A stretch of 64,000 bases of DNA, taken from an uncultured Anaerolineales bacterium. GTDB lineage: Bacteria; Chloroflexota; Anaerolineae; B4-G1. How positions within the stretch are numbered: the stretch's first letter is position 1; each line of letters begins with the position of its first letter. Below, one piece after another: positions 56,285 to 64,000 of this stretch. Under the pieces are notes generated by a model that was not told the origin of the DNA, did no database searches, and saw only the letters and a list, made by a program, of their open reading frames with translations. The translations under genes were made by a program, and so were the position numbers. Location of the stretch: contig CAYQZG010000001.1 in NCBI GenBank assembly GCA_964421785.1, positions 73,853 to 137,852 on the forward strand, written 5' to 3'.

Positions 56285-56527
56285 ATGGCCAGAGATTCAC
56301 GTCAAAGTAAGGAGAAAGACATCCGGCTTTCGGAGGCTCAGATGAGGCGTCCAGGGATGGAGAATACCGCTAGCTCCAAATCTGTTGACGCTTCGAGTTC
56401 GTCTCCCGCGCAGATGTCCGAGCTGGCGCAGGAGTATCACTACGTCTTGGCGGATCTCAGGCGTATCGGCGTCATAGCGGTCGTGATGCTGGGGGCGCTT
56501 ATTGCCCTGGCGCTCTTGTTGCCTTGA
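56285..56527 (+). CDS. small C-tail-anchored membrane protein, hypothetical
   Basis: 80 aa, strong RBS AAGGAGGAG, C-terminal TM helix. Confidence 0.3.
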   Translation: MARDSRQSKEKDIRLSEAQMRRPGMENTASSKSVDASSSSPAQMSELAQEYHYVLADLRRIGVIAVVMLGALIALALLLP

Positions 56528-56549
56528 CGTGTGTGCCTGGACGGCAGTT

Positions 56550-57374
56550 TCATTCTGAGGCGGCGTCAGGTGGAACGAGCGAAGGCGCTACGTACACCAT
56601 CTCTAATGTCCACGAGATTCCCCAGTGGAGCACAAGAGCCAACCAGAGGTTCTGTGTGTGAAGGAAAAGCATACTGCTGACCACGGCAAGCGCCCCTCGT
56701 GACAGCTGGGACCAAGCCTGACCCGGGTGGCGCAAGCCCTCGCGCCACGCTGGGTTGACTGTCGCCTCCAGCGTGATCAGAGCTAACCCCATCCAGGTTC
56801 CCCAGTACGGGCCAAGGGCTACGATGGGTGCGTTGCGGTAGAACGCCCAATGTACTTCGCGATAGATTGCCTCTCGTGCGGTTTTCCACCCTCGTCCCTC
56901 GGCGCCTCGCCCCCCATTGTTGGTCTTGGAGATGGCTTGACGGTGGGTGAAGGTAGCTAGAAGGAGCAGACCCCCAGAACTGAGGCCCAGCAATGCAGCC
57001 CATCCCAGATCATGGGCCCAGTCAGACCAATTTGCGCCCAGCGATGTGCTTCTGCTCGTGCCCGCCGGGGGCGGCAATGCCAGCCGCTGTAGGCCAAGAA
57101 GACGGCTGACGACGGCGTCATGCCCCCAGAAGAGGGCGGCGGAAGGCAGTCCCACGTAGTAAAGCAACCGAAGCCCTTGAAAGAGAGAGGGTGCGAAACG
57201 CCAATTGGCAAGTCCAAAGACGATCCTCTCCGCCAAGCTCTTGACCGTCTTAGGTTCCTCTGCATCAACCCAAGGAGAGAACAACCATGCGAGGTTGGTC
57301 CAAAGTATCGCCAGAAGTAAGGATCCCCCTAGCCAGAGCCAGGCTTCTTGCACAATCGTGTCGGGAGAGGACAC
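56550..57374 (-). CDS. polytopic membrane protein, possible CPBP/CAAX-protease-like (weak)
   Basis: 274 aa multi-TM; weak EE..R / H...N-like motifs. Confidence 0.3.
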   Translation of the reverse strand: MSSPDTIVQEAWLWLGGSLLLAILWTNLAWLFSPWVDAEEPKTVKSLAERIVFGLANWRFAPSLFQGLRLLYYVGLPSAALFWGHDAVVSRLLGLQRLALPPPAGTSRSTSLGANWSDWAHDLGWAALLGLSSGGLLLLATFTHRQAISKTNNGGRGAEGRGWKTAREAIYREVHWAFYRNAPIVALGPYWGTWMGLALITLEATVNPAWREGLRHPGQAWSQLSRGALAVVSSMLFLHTQNLWLALVLHWGISWTLEMVYVAPSLVPPDAASE

Positions 57375-59237
57375 TTACGTTCCTTCACTCAGTGGGACAG
57401 TCAGCCTGACTTTTGTGCCCTCGTCAAGCCCTGAGGCTATCGATAGCTCTCCATTCGTCATCTCAGCCCGCTCGTGCATATTGACCAGGCCTAAGCTGCC
57501 TCGCCTATCATACGTCATCTGCACGGCATCAACGTCGAATCCTATTCCGTCATCCTCAACCTCGGCGACGAAAGCCTGTTCTCCCCGAAGATAGAGCCGC
57601 ACCCAGATGCTCTCTGCTTGTGAGTGTTTGCGCGCATTGGAGATAGCCTCCTCGACAATGTAGAAGACAATGCCTTGCGTTTCTTGATCGAGTGTCCCCT
57701 CCGCTGCGGATTCGGCCTCCAGCCTTATGACTGTGTCATCTGTCTCCGCCAGTTTGCTGATATACTGTTCCAGAGCTGCCCTAAGTCCTTGGGTTTCCAG
57801 AATAAGGGGGCGCAGTGTAAAGAGCATATGGCGAATCTGCTTCGTCGTCCGGCGAGCCAGATCCTCGATCTTTTGCAGTTCTTCGGAGACCTGATCTGTC
57901 CTACTGCCATTCTCTATCAACTTCCGAACGAAGCTGACCTGCATAGCGATTGATGCGATGCTCTGTGTTGGGCCGTCGTGGAGGTTTCGGGCCAGTTTCT
58001 TGCGGGCATCCTCCTCGACTGCTACGATGCGTTCTTTTTCTTCACGTAGGTCCTGATACAGCTGGGCGTTCTGAAGTGCGACAATGGCCTGGTTGCAGAT
58101 GGCAGTGAGAAGATTGACCAAGTTCTCTGTATAAATGTCTGGTTCGGAGTTGCCGAAGATCACGACTCCGAAGCTCTCAAACCCAGCGCGCAGCGGCACA
58201 ACGATGGCTTGCTTGCAGCTGTGTATGCCAATGAGCTTGCTCAACTCGGGATCATCGGTAGGGTCGTTGACGACAACGGCTTCCGCCGTCGTCAGCGCGT
58301 CGGCCAGTGCACCTTCCTTTCCCTGGAGGACGATGTTACGGTCCCGCGTTGGTAGATGTCTTGAAGCGACAATGCGCAGGTCACTGTGGGCGAAGAGAAG
58401 CACTGCGCCCATCTGGCTTGCCTTATCTCGGCCTAGTTCCTGCATGCCTTTCTCACCTACCTCAAGGACGGCCCTCAAGACCTTGCTGTAGTTCAGCGTT
58501 GCACTGAGCGTGCTTGCCAGTTCAAACGTGAGCCGTGAGTGCTCACGGGCAGCACGGAGCTTGCGACGTTCGCTATCTATCTTGTCTTGCTGACTCCGGG
58601 CTGCGCTCTTCTTCGTCTCCTCGGATACGAAGCTGCTGACGACGGCAGCTAACAGCAGTATCAGGGAGAAGACGATAAAGGAAAGGATATTTGACCATGA
58701 GCTGGGGAGCGAGACGAAATAGACGCCGCTAACGAAGCTGGCAATGACGGCGAGAGCAATGATCAAGCTGATAGGTTGCGAGAAGCGGTGTACCGCCGTG
58801 AGGACGGGGAAGAGAGCGAAGAACAACAGCGGGCTGGCAAGACCCCCTGAGCTAAGAATCAGCCCCAGGGTTAGAAGTGTATCCAGTACGAGTGTCAACA
58901 GCGGTAGGACGTGCGAGGCGGAGCTGTGCGAAAGGAAGAACAGAACGGCGGCATTGTAGAGTACCGCAGTGCCGAGGAGTAGAACCTGTGGGAGCAGTCT
59001 GTCGGCTTTGGGGATGCCTCTTGGCGACGCAAAGACATCCAAAAAGACCACGAGAGCAGCACCGATGAGCAGCAACCAACGCAAGTTGCTAATCACCCAG
59101 CCTACCTGAAACCAACGTTTGGTCGTCTCTTGCGCGGGCATAAGGGCCTTCCATATAGTGCCACGTGTCATCAGGGTGGCGATGGTGCCCAAACACCAAC
59201 GAAGCCGCGGCCTTCGAATGGGTTTTTCCCCCTCCAA
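57375..59237 (-). CDS. membrane GAF-domain sensor histidine kinase, HisKA_3 type
   Basis: N-terminal multi-TM, central GAF-like region, H-box NLHDGPTQSIASIAMQ, HATPase_c (DDGIGFD, GSLGLVNMHERAE). Confidence 0.8.
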   Translation of the reverse strand: MEGEKPIRRPRLRWCLGTIATLMTRGTIWKALMPAQETTKRWFQVGWVISNLRWLLLIGAALVVFLDVFASPRGIPKADRLLPQVLLLGTAVLYNAAVLFFLSHSSASHVLPLLTLVLDTLLTLGLILSSGGLASPLLFFALFPVLTAVHRFSQPISLIIALAVIASFVSGVYFVSLPSSWSNILSFIVFSLILLLAAVVSSFVSEETKKSAARSQQDKIDSERRKLRAAREHSRLTFELASTLSATLNYSKVLRAVLEVGEKGMQELGRDKASQMGAVLLFAHSDLRIVASRHLPTRDRNIVLQGKEGALADALTTAEAVVVNDPTDDPELSKLIGIHSCKQAIVVPLRAGFESFGVVIFGNSEPDIYTENLVNLLTAICNQAIVALQNAQLYQDLREEKERIVAVEEDARKKLARNLHDGPTQSIASIAMQVSFVRKLIENGSRTDQVSEELQKIEDLARRTTKQIRHMLFTLRPLILETQGLRAALEQYISKLAETDDTVIRLEAESAAEGTLDQETQGIVFYIVEEAISNARKHSQAESIWVRLYLRGEQAFVAEVEDDGIGFDVDAVQMTYDRRGSLGLVNMHERAEMTNGELSIASGLDEGTKVRLTVPLSEGT

Positions 59238-59543
59238 GTAGCCACGGCTTTGAATCAGTGGGTGGGCTCAATAGGCCTTGGCTTTCTCGGAGCTCCTACG
59301 ACGTGAACGCAACACCGGCAAGAGAAATCGTCTCTTCGATCACAGCGCCCGCCCGAGCGCCCCACCGAGCCTCTGAGCACACGCGAATACCGCTACGTTG
59401 ACGGTGAGTGCGGTGGTTAACCACCGATGAGCACGGCTTTCCCGCACTCAAATCGCCAGACTCGCGGCTGGTTCCATCGACAAAGCTCCCCGTATACCAG
59501 CCGGCGAGCTTCAGGGCTCAGAAGCACCCAGCAAGTCAAGAAG

Positions 59544-59903
59544 TCAACTAGATGCCACACTCAGTTGCTCCTGTTCCTCCAAGAGCGTTCGCATGATCAG
59601 TAGGATGCGCCGGCGCTCATCCTCTGGTAGCTGATGAAATAGATAGAGGGCTTCTTTGATTCCAGGCGAATCCTCAGGGGCATGGGGCAGCAAACCAGCC
59701 TCGCGGAAGATCCTCTCCGGAGGGATGTGCAGTACCTCGCCCATTTTCCGACAGAGATCGGAGCTAGGATTACGTTTGCCGCTCACAACCCTGGAGATTG
59801 TAGATTCACTCACCTCGCAGCGCCGAGCGAACTCGCGCATCGACCAGCGTCTGTCGTCTAGTTCCTCCAACAACCACTTTCCAAAAGCAGATCTCTCTGT
59901 CAT
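59544..59903 (-). CDS. XRE-family helix-turn-helix transcriptional regulator
   Basis: HTH_3-like segment (SMREFARRCEVSESTISRVVSGKRNPS); start at internal Met MTERSAFGKW. Confidence 0.6.
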   Translation of the reverse strand: MTERSAFGKWLLEELDDRRWSMREFARRCEVSESTISRVVSGKRNPSSDLCRKMGEVLHIPPERIFREAGLLPHAPEDSPGIKEALYLFHQLPEDERRRILLIMRTLLEEQEQLSVASS

Positions 59904-60183
59904 CTCGGTGTCTCCGTTTGCATCTTGCAGACTATTTCTCTGCACTGCTCAAGGTCTGCGTGCATGTCATCAACGTTCATCGGCCTTCGGGCGATGGGTT
60001 CGAAAGGAAAGGGCTTGCCCATCTCGAGTGTACCCTATCAACCGAAGCACCAGTCAGCTCTAGAGCCTTTTTGGTCAGGCTCAGACATAGGCCGAGAATC
60101 GCAACAATCCTAGGTCAACCGTCACTATACAAGATTTCTCAGAACGTGTCAAGTTCCTCGACCACCAGACCAGCTGGTCAGCC

Positions 60184-61548
60184 TCACGTCGCTTCTTCTG
60201 GCGGGAAGATCTTCCCTGGATTCAGGATGTTTAACGGATCGAACGCTTGCTTGATACTTCGTTGTAGCTCAATCAGTTTCTCGTCCATCACCAACGGCAG
60301 GTAGTGTGCCCGCTTCGAACCGATACCGTGCTCACCGCTGATTGTGCCACCTAGCCTGGCGACTACCGCATATAGCTCCTCCAGAATCGCCGGCAGCTTT
60401 TCGTCCCACTCGTCCATAGGCGTCTCTGGTCGCTTGACGACGGTGGCGTGCAAATTGCCGTCTCCAGCGTGACCGTAGCAGGGAATCAGCACATCGTACG
60501 TCTCTGAAAGACGATCCAGCTCCGGCATCAAGTCGGGGATCTGAGCCATCGGTACCACGATGTCCTCCAGACTCTGCACCGGGCAGATCGCCTTCAGGGC
60601 TTCGGCCATCTCCTGGCGGGGGCGCCACATCCGACGCTCGTCACGGGGAGTGTTTCCCACGAATATGTCTAGCGCGCCCAGCTCCAGGCAGAGCTCAATG
60701 ATGCTGTTCATATCATGCTCGACATGATCCTCGCTTGTGCCATCGATTTCGATGAGGAGCATGGCGCCCACATCGGGGTGGGGGAGACGCTCGCCAGTGT
60801 AGTCATAGGCGGCCTGGATTGAGCGTTGATCCATGAACTCGACCGAGGTGGGGACGATGCGACCTTTGGTCATAACGCGAGGCACCGCGCCGATGGCAGT
60901 GCGCGTATCCGGGAAGGGGACCAGCAGCACTGCCCGGGCGGTAGGGCGGGGGAGCAGTCGCAGGGTGATCTTGGTGAAGATCCCCAGCGTCCCCTCGGAG
61001 CCAACCATCAGGTGGATCATATCGTAGCCGGTGACGTCCTTGACCCGTTTGCCTCCTAATTGAATGATCTCACCTGTCGGCAGCACCACCTCCAGGCCTA
61101 AAACGTACCGCCCGGTGACCCCGTACTTGATGGCCCGCCCGCCTCCGGCATTCTCCGCCACGTTGCCGCCCACGAAGCAGAGCTCCACGCTCATCGGGTA
61201 GCCGGCGTAGAAGAGCCCATATTCCTCGACAGCATTGTTGATGTCGTTCGTGACCACGCCGGGCTCGACCACCGCGACCATGTTCTCGCGGTCGATCTCC
61301 AGAATACGGTTCATCCGCTCAAGCGAGAGGACGATGCCCCCGTACACCGGCACGGCTCCGCAGGAGAGTCCCGACCCGGCGCCACGCGGCGTAACCGGTA
61401 CGCGCTCGCGGTTGGCGAGCTTCAGGATCTGCGAGACCTGCTGGGCGGTATCCGGCTTGACCACGACCTCCGGCATGTGGGCGTGCTCCTCGCCGGCTAC
61501 CTCGTCGTGGGCGTAGTCCTGCATGGCGCCGGGGTCGTCGGTGACCAC
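60184..61548 (-). CDS. FAD-linked oxidase (glycolate oxidase GlcD / D-lactate dehydrogenase family); N-terminus anomalous (see findings)
   Basis: FAD-binding PCMH domain (PRGAGSGLSCGAVP, VVEPGV) and C-terminal FAD-oxidase_C; only GTG start available. Confidence 0.8.
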   Translation of the reverse strand: MVTDDPGAMQDYAHDEVAGEEHAHMPEVVVKPDTAQQVSQILKLANRERVPVTPRGAGSGLSCGAVPVYGGIVLSLERMNRILEIDRENMVAVVEPGVVTNDINNAVEEYGLFYAGYPMSVELCFVGGNVAENAGGGRAIKYGVTGRYVLGLEVVLPTGEIIQLGGKRVKDVTGYDMIHLMVGSEGTLGIFTKITLRLLPRPTARAVLLVPFPDTRTAIGAVPRVMTKGRIVPTSVEFMDQRSIQAAYDYTGERLPHPDVGAMLLIEIDGTSEDHVEHDMNSIIELCLELGALDIFVGNTPRDERRMWRPRQEMAEALKAICPVQSLEDIVVPMAQIPDLMPELDRLSETYDVLIPCYGHAGDGNLHATVVKRPETPMDEWDEKLPAILEELYAVVARLGGTISGEHGIGSKRAHYLPLVMDEKLIELQRSIKQAFDPLNILNPGKIFPPEEAT

Positions 61549-61640
61549 GTGCGATTCTCCGACGATGTCACGCAGCCCGTCGATGAGGGGAGCGTTGACG
61601 GGGTTGTACGGCCCGGCATTTGGGATGGTTGGCTGGTAAC

Positions 61641-63263
61641 TCAGGACTTGCCTCCGCTGATCATATAGAGCTGACCACGTTTGAAGCCGCGCTCTCGATA
61701 ATAAGGTCGCGTGCCGATGGCGGCGATGACGGCCAGGCGCTCGTAGCCCGCCCGACGGGTGATGCGCTTGGTCTCATCGATCAGCTGCGTGCCCAGGCCC
61801 GCATGCTGAGGGGCTGTCTCAAGCTCCGAGCCCAACCCTAGCGCTGGGCCGTAGACGTGCACCTCCCGGATCATGGCACAGCCCCGTAGTTCACTGATGG
61901 GACGCCTGGCCTCCGGGAGCGAAAGACGCAGGAAACCGGCCAGATCTCCCTCCGGGGTGACGTACTGGAGGAAGCGCTCCTGTGTGGCGTCGGTTTCGTA
62001 GCTCACGCTCTCCAGCTGGAGCTCATCGGGGTCTATAGGCTCATCCCGTATCTCCCGACATCGAATGCAGCGACAGGTCTGGCCCTCCCGTGCCATATGC
62101 TGCTGGACGATCTGACGAAGGTTCGATTTCTTCACCCCGGCCACGATGTTGGGCGCGGGGATGTCGCGCATCAGCCGGTTGACGCGGCAGTAGGGCGGGA
62201 TGAGTGTCTTGCAGCGGGATAGCAGATGCACCATCGTCTCTTCATCGTATGGCTCGAATTCGCCGCGCTTCCACAGCTCGTACAGCTCCGTCTCCTCCAG
62301 AAGCGCCGTGGGATAGATCTTCAGCTCATCGGGCCGCATGGCCGGATCCCGCCACAGTCGCTTGAAGTCCTCCAGGTCACTCTCGGGGCTCGCGCCCAGG
62401 AGGTTGGGCATCCAGTGGACGACGATCTTGAAGCCGCCCAGGCGCAGCAGGCGCATCGCGCGACGCGTGTCGGCGACGGTGTGGCCCCGCTTGTTGAGGG
62501 CCAGGATCTCGTCGTCCAGACTCTGTACACCGAGCTGCACCTTCGTCGCCCCCAGCCGGCGCAGCCGCCGGATCTCCTCCGGGGTGATGAGGTCGGGGCG
62601 CGTCTCCACGACCAGGCCGACGTTGCGGCGCTCGGCGGTCTCGTTGAGCACCTGGGCCTCCTCCAGCGAGCCGGCCTCGACGCCGTTCATGGCGTCCAGG
62701 CAGCGACGAACGAACCACGTTTGGTACGACGCTGGATAGGCGGACCAGGATCCTCCCAGGATGAGCAGCTCGATCTTGTCCACGCTGTGGCCGATCTCGC
62801 GCAGCGTGGCGATGCGGCTGGCGGTCTGATCGTACGGGTCGAAGTGGTGCGTCGCGGCGCGCATGGCGCCGGGCTCGTCAGGCAGGTAGCTCTTGGGCAT
62901 GCCGGCCGGCTCCGGGCAGAAGATGCACTCGCCTGGGCAGGGATGCGGCTCGGTGAGCACCGCCACCGGCGCCACACCGGAGATCGTGCGCGTCGGCTTG
63001 ACCCGCAGCCGGCGCACGAGGGCGGGATCGGGCGAGCGGTTCTCACGCCTGCACAGCTCGCGGTAGCCCTTGATGATGCGATCCTTGGAGAGCATGTCGC
63101 CGTTGGGCAGCGTGTGGCTGCGCATAATCTGCGACAGCTCCTTCTGCGACAGATCGGGCCTCTCGCGAACCTCGTCCAGGATAGCCATCAGCACGTCGCC
63201 GTGTTCATCCAGGTCGAAGGACTGCCGATGTGCCTTTTGCCAACGCTCCTTATCTCTAGCCAC
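61641..63263 (-). CDS. elp3: Elp3-family radical SAM + GNAT protein (tRNA uridine(34) acetyltransferase homolog)
   Basis: 540 aa; radical SAM CxxxCxxC (CPGECIFCP), Elp3 collinearity, C-terminal GNAT. Confidence 0.8.
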   Translation of the reverse strand: MARDKERWQKAHRQSFDLDEHGDVLMAILDEVRERPDLSQKELSQIMRSHTLPNGDMLSKDRIIKGYRELCRRENRSPDPALVRRLRVKPTRTISGVAPVAVLTEPHPCPGECIFCPEPAGMPKSYLPDEPGAMRAATHHFDPYDQTASRIATLREIGHSVDKIELLILGGSWSAYPASYQTWFVRRCLDAMNGVEAGSLEEAQVLNETAERRNVGLVVETRPDLITPEEIRRLRRLGATKVQLGVQSLDDEILALNKRGHTVADTRRAMRLLRLGGFKIVVHWMPNLLGASPESDLEDFKRLWRDPAMRPDELKIYPTALLEETELYELWKRGEFEPYDEETMVHLLSRCKTLIPPYCRVNRLMRDIPAPNIVAGVKKSNLRQIVQQHMAREGQTCRCIRCREIRDEPIDPDELQLESVSYETDATQERFLQYVTPEGDLAGFLRLSLPEARRPISELRGCAMIREVHVYGPALGLGSELETAPQHAGLGTQLIDETKRITRRAGYERLAVIAAIGTRPYYRERGFKRGQLYMISGGKS

Positions 63264-63497
63264 GTTCCGCCTTGCTTCCTTCTGCTCTAACCGGCTCTCT
63301 CCTTGCTCCAGCAGGATCCGTGATCCGGCGATCTCTCCCTAACCCTGGCAACCGGCCTCACGTGACCGACCCCCGCTTGCTCCAACCCCCACTTGCTCCA
63401 AGGGGATCGCCAGATCCCCGCCCTCGGTCTGCCGCTTCGCGCCGAACGCCCGCCAATCCAGTTGCTATCTCCAGCCCGCTCAGCTATAATCCCTTGC

Positions 63498-64000
63498 ATG
63501 GACGACGCCATGATCGACAGACTGCTGGCGCTCAACCGCCAGTTCTATGCCGACTTCGCCGAGCACTTCGCCGCCACCCGGTCCGTCTCCGACCCGGCGC
63601 TCACATCTATTCTACCGTATCTACCCTCCCGGGCAAGGATACTGGACGTGGGCTGCGGCAATGGCCGCCTGGCCCTGTTGCTCGACCAGGAGCGACCCGG
63701 TTCGACCTACGTGGGGGTAGATGCTGTACCCGAGCTCATCGAGGAAGCCCGCGTTCATGCCCGCCAGCTCTCCAGCACAGAGGCGACGTTTCGAGTGGCG
63801 GATATCACGGAGAGGGGCTGGACCGAGAAACTTCCTCGTGTCCCCCCTGCGGTTGCGCCCGGCACCTGCTTCGATTGCGTCGTCGCCCTCGCCGTCCTAC
63901 ACCACATCCCCGGTTCCGACCTGCGAGCCCAGGTACTGGCCGATATGGCCGCTGTGCTGACGCCCCAGGGTTTCATCGCCCTCTCCACCTGGCGCTTCCT
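63498..64000 (+). CDS. class I SAM-dependent methyltransferase, 3'-truncated at window edge
   Basis: Motif I ILDVGCGNGRLAL, motif II (DCVVALAVLHHI); TATAAT 8 nt upstream of ATG; no stop before window end. Confidence 0.55.
   Translation, partial: MDDAMIDRLLALNRQFYADFAEHFAATRSVSDPALTSILPYLPSRARILDVGCGNGRLALLLDQERPGSTYVGVDAVPELIEEARVHARQLSSTEATFRVADITERGWTEKLPRVPPAVAPGTCFDCVVALAVLHHIPGSDLRAQVLADMAAVLTPQGFIALSTWRF

Noticed and set aside
1-61548. Idea that the CCG-domain protein (1-775) and the GlcD-like oxidase (60184-61548) form a glycolate oxidase operon
   Set aside because: They are about 59 kb apart and on opposite strands with unrelated neighbours; no GlcE-like gene seen; treated as independent
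62226-63290. 354-aa ORF antisense to elp3
   Set aside because: Shadow ORF (Arg/Ala/Leu-rich); elp3 on the minus strand carries the conserved radical-SAM and GNAT motifs
1-64000. Search for tRNA/tmRNA/rRNA/RNase P/CRISPR signatures
   Set aside because: No T-loop GGTTCGAATCC-type motifs outside coding context, no tag-peptide reading frame, no RNase P P4 consensus, no regularly spaced direct repeats; the only GTTCGAATCC-like string (about 18990) lies inside the STAND-SARP CDS

Overview
This is a GC-rich bacterial chromosomal segment with about 55 supportable protein-coding genes and no rRNA, tRNA or CRISPR array that I could find. A few features hint at Chloroflexota (a bacterial Elp3 homolog, a class-E-type sortase, a UPF0182 protein, many LysM/PT-linker envelope proteins), but I cannot place it confidently from sequence alone.

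The backbone is housekeeping. In window order:
- a 5'-truncated CCG-domain Fe-S protein and a lipoate-protein ligase;
- a HisKA_3 histidine kinase with a NarL/LuxR response regulator;
- the rpsO-pnp-lepB cluster on the minus strand, with an intergenic hairpin between rpsO and pnp;
- murJ;
- a three-gene NuoE-like / NuoF-like / 2Fe-2S-GltD-fusion oxidoreductase operon, which looks like a bifurcating-enzyme ('Bfu')-type flavin oxidoreductase;
- an aminotransferase, hisS, efp, UPF0182, an aldo-keto reductase, a site-2 protease, an RmlC-like cupin and a class II aldolase-family protein;
- an RpiR regulator with an ABC-2 exporter pair;
- a SAM methyltransferase and a sortase;
- a GAF histidine kinase with an XRE regulator;
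- a GlcD-like FAD oxidase and a bacterial Elp3 (radical-SAM/GNAT), which is rare in bacteria;
- a second, 3'-truncated methyltransferase.

The loci I consider most worth a second look are:
1. A roughly 1067-aa STAND ATPase/TPR regulator with a C-terminal SARP-type winged-helix plus BTAD domain (reversed order relative to AfsR). A strong terminator follows it, then a promoter carrying tandem GTTTAGAGG direct repeats at the -35 position. That promoter drives a small operon: a 62-aa hydrophobic ORF, two paralogous NHLP/Nif11-leader-like small peptides, and a catalytically degenerate ImmA/IrrE-like protein. No RiPP-modifying enzyme is nearby.
2. A tightly coupled seven-gene minus-strand operon (45543-52984). 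It encodes an ASKHA/actin-like ATPase, a barrel-sandwich-like protein, four membrane proteins, and a double-zinc-ribbon protein with seven acidic 'IPDWL' repeats. Flanking it are a sortase, a candidate sortase substrate with an 'MPDTG' sorting signal, and a zinc-ribbon/2xLysM protein.
3. elp3 and the glcD-like gene lie in the same reading frame, separated by a single TGA. The conserved GlcD N-terminal motif is encoded before any canonical start codon.
4. A run of three GT-C-type membrane glycosyltransferases together with a LysM/CnaB-like surface protein.
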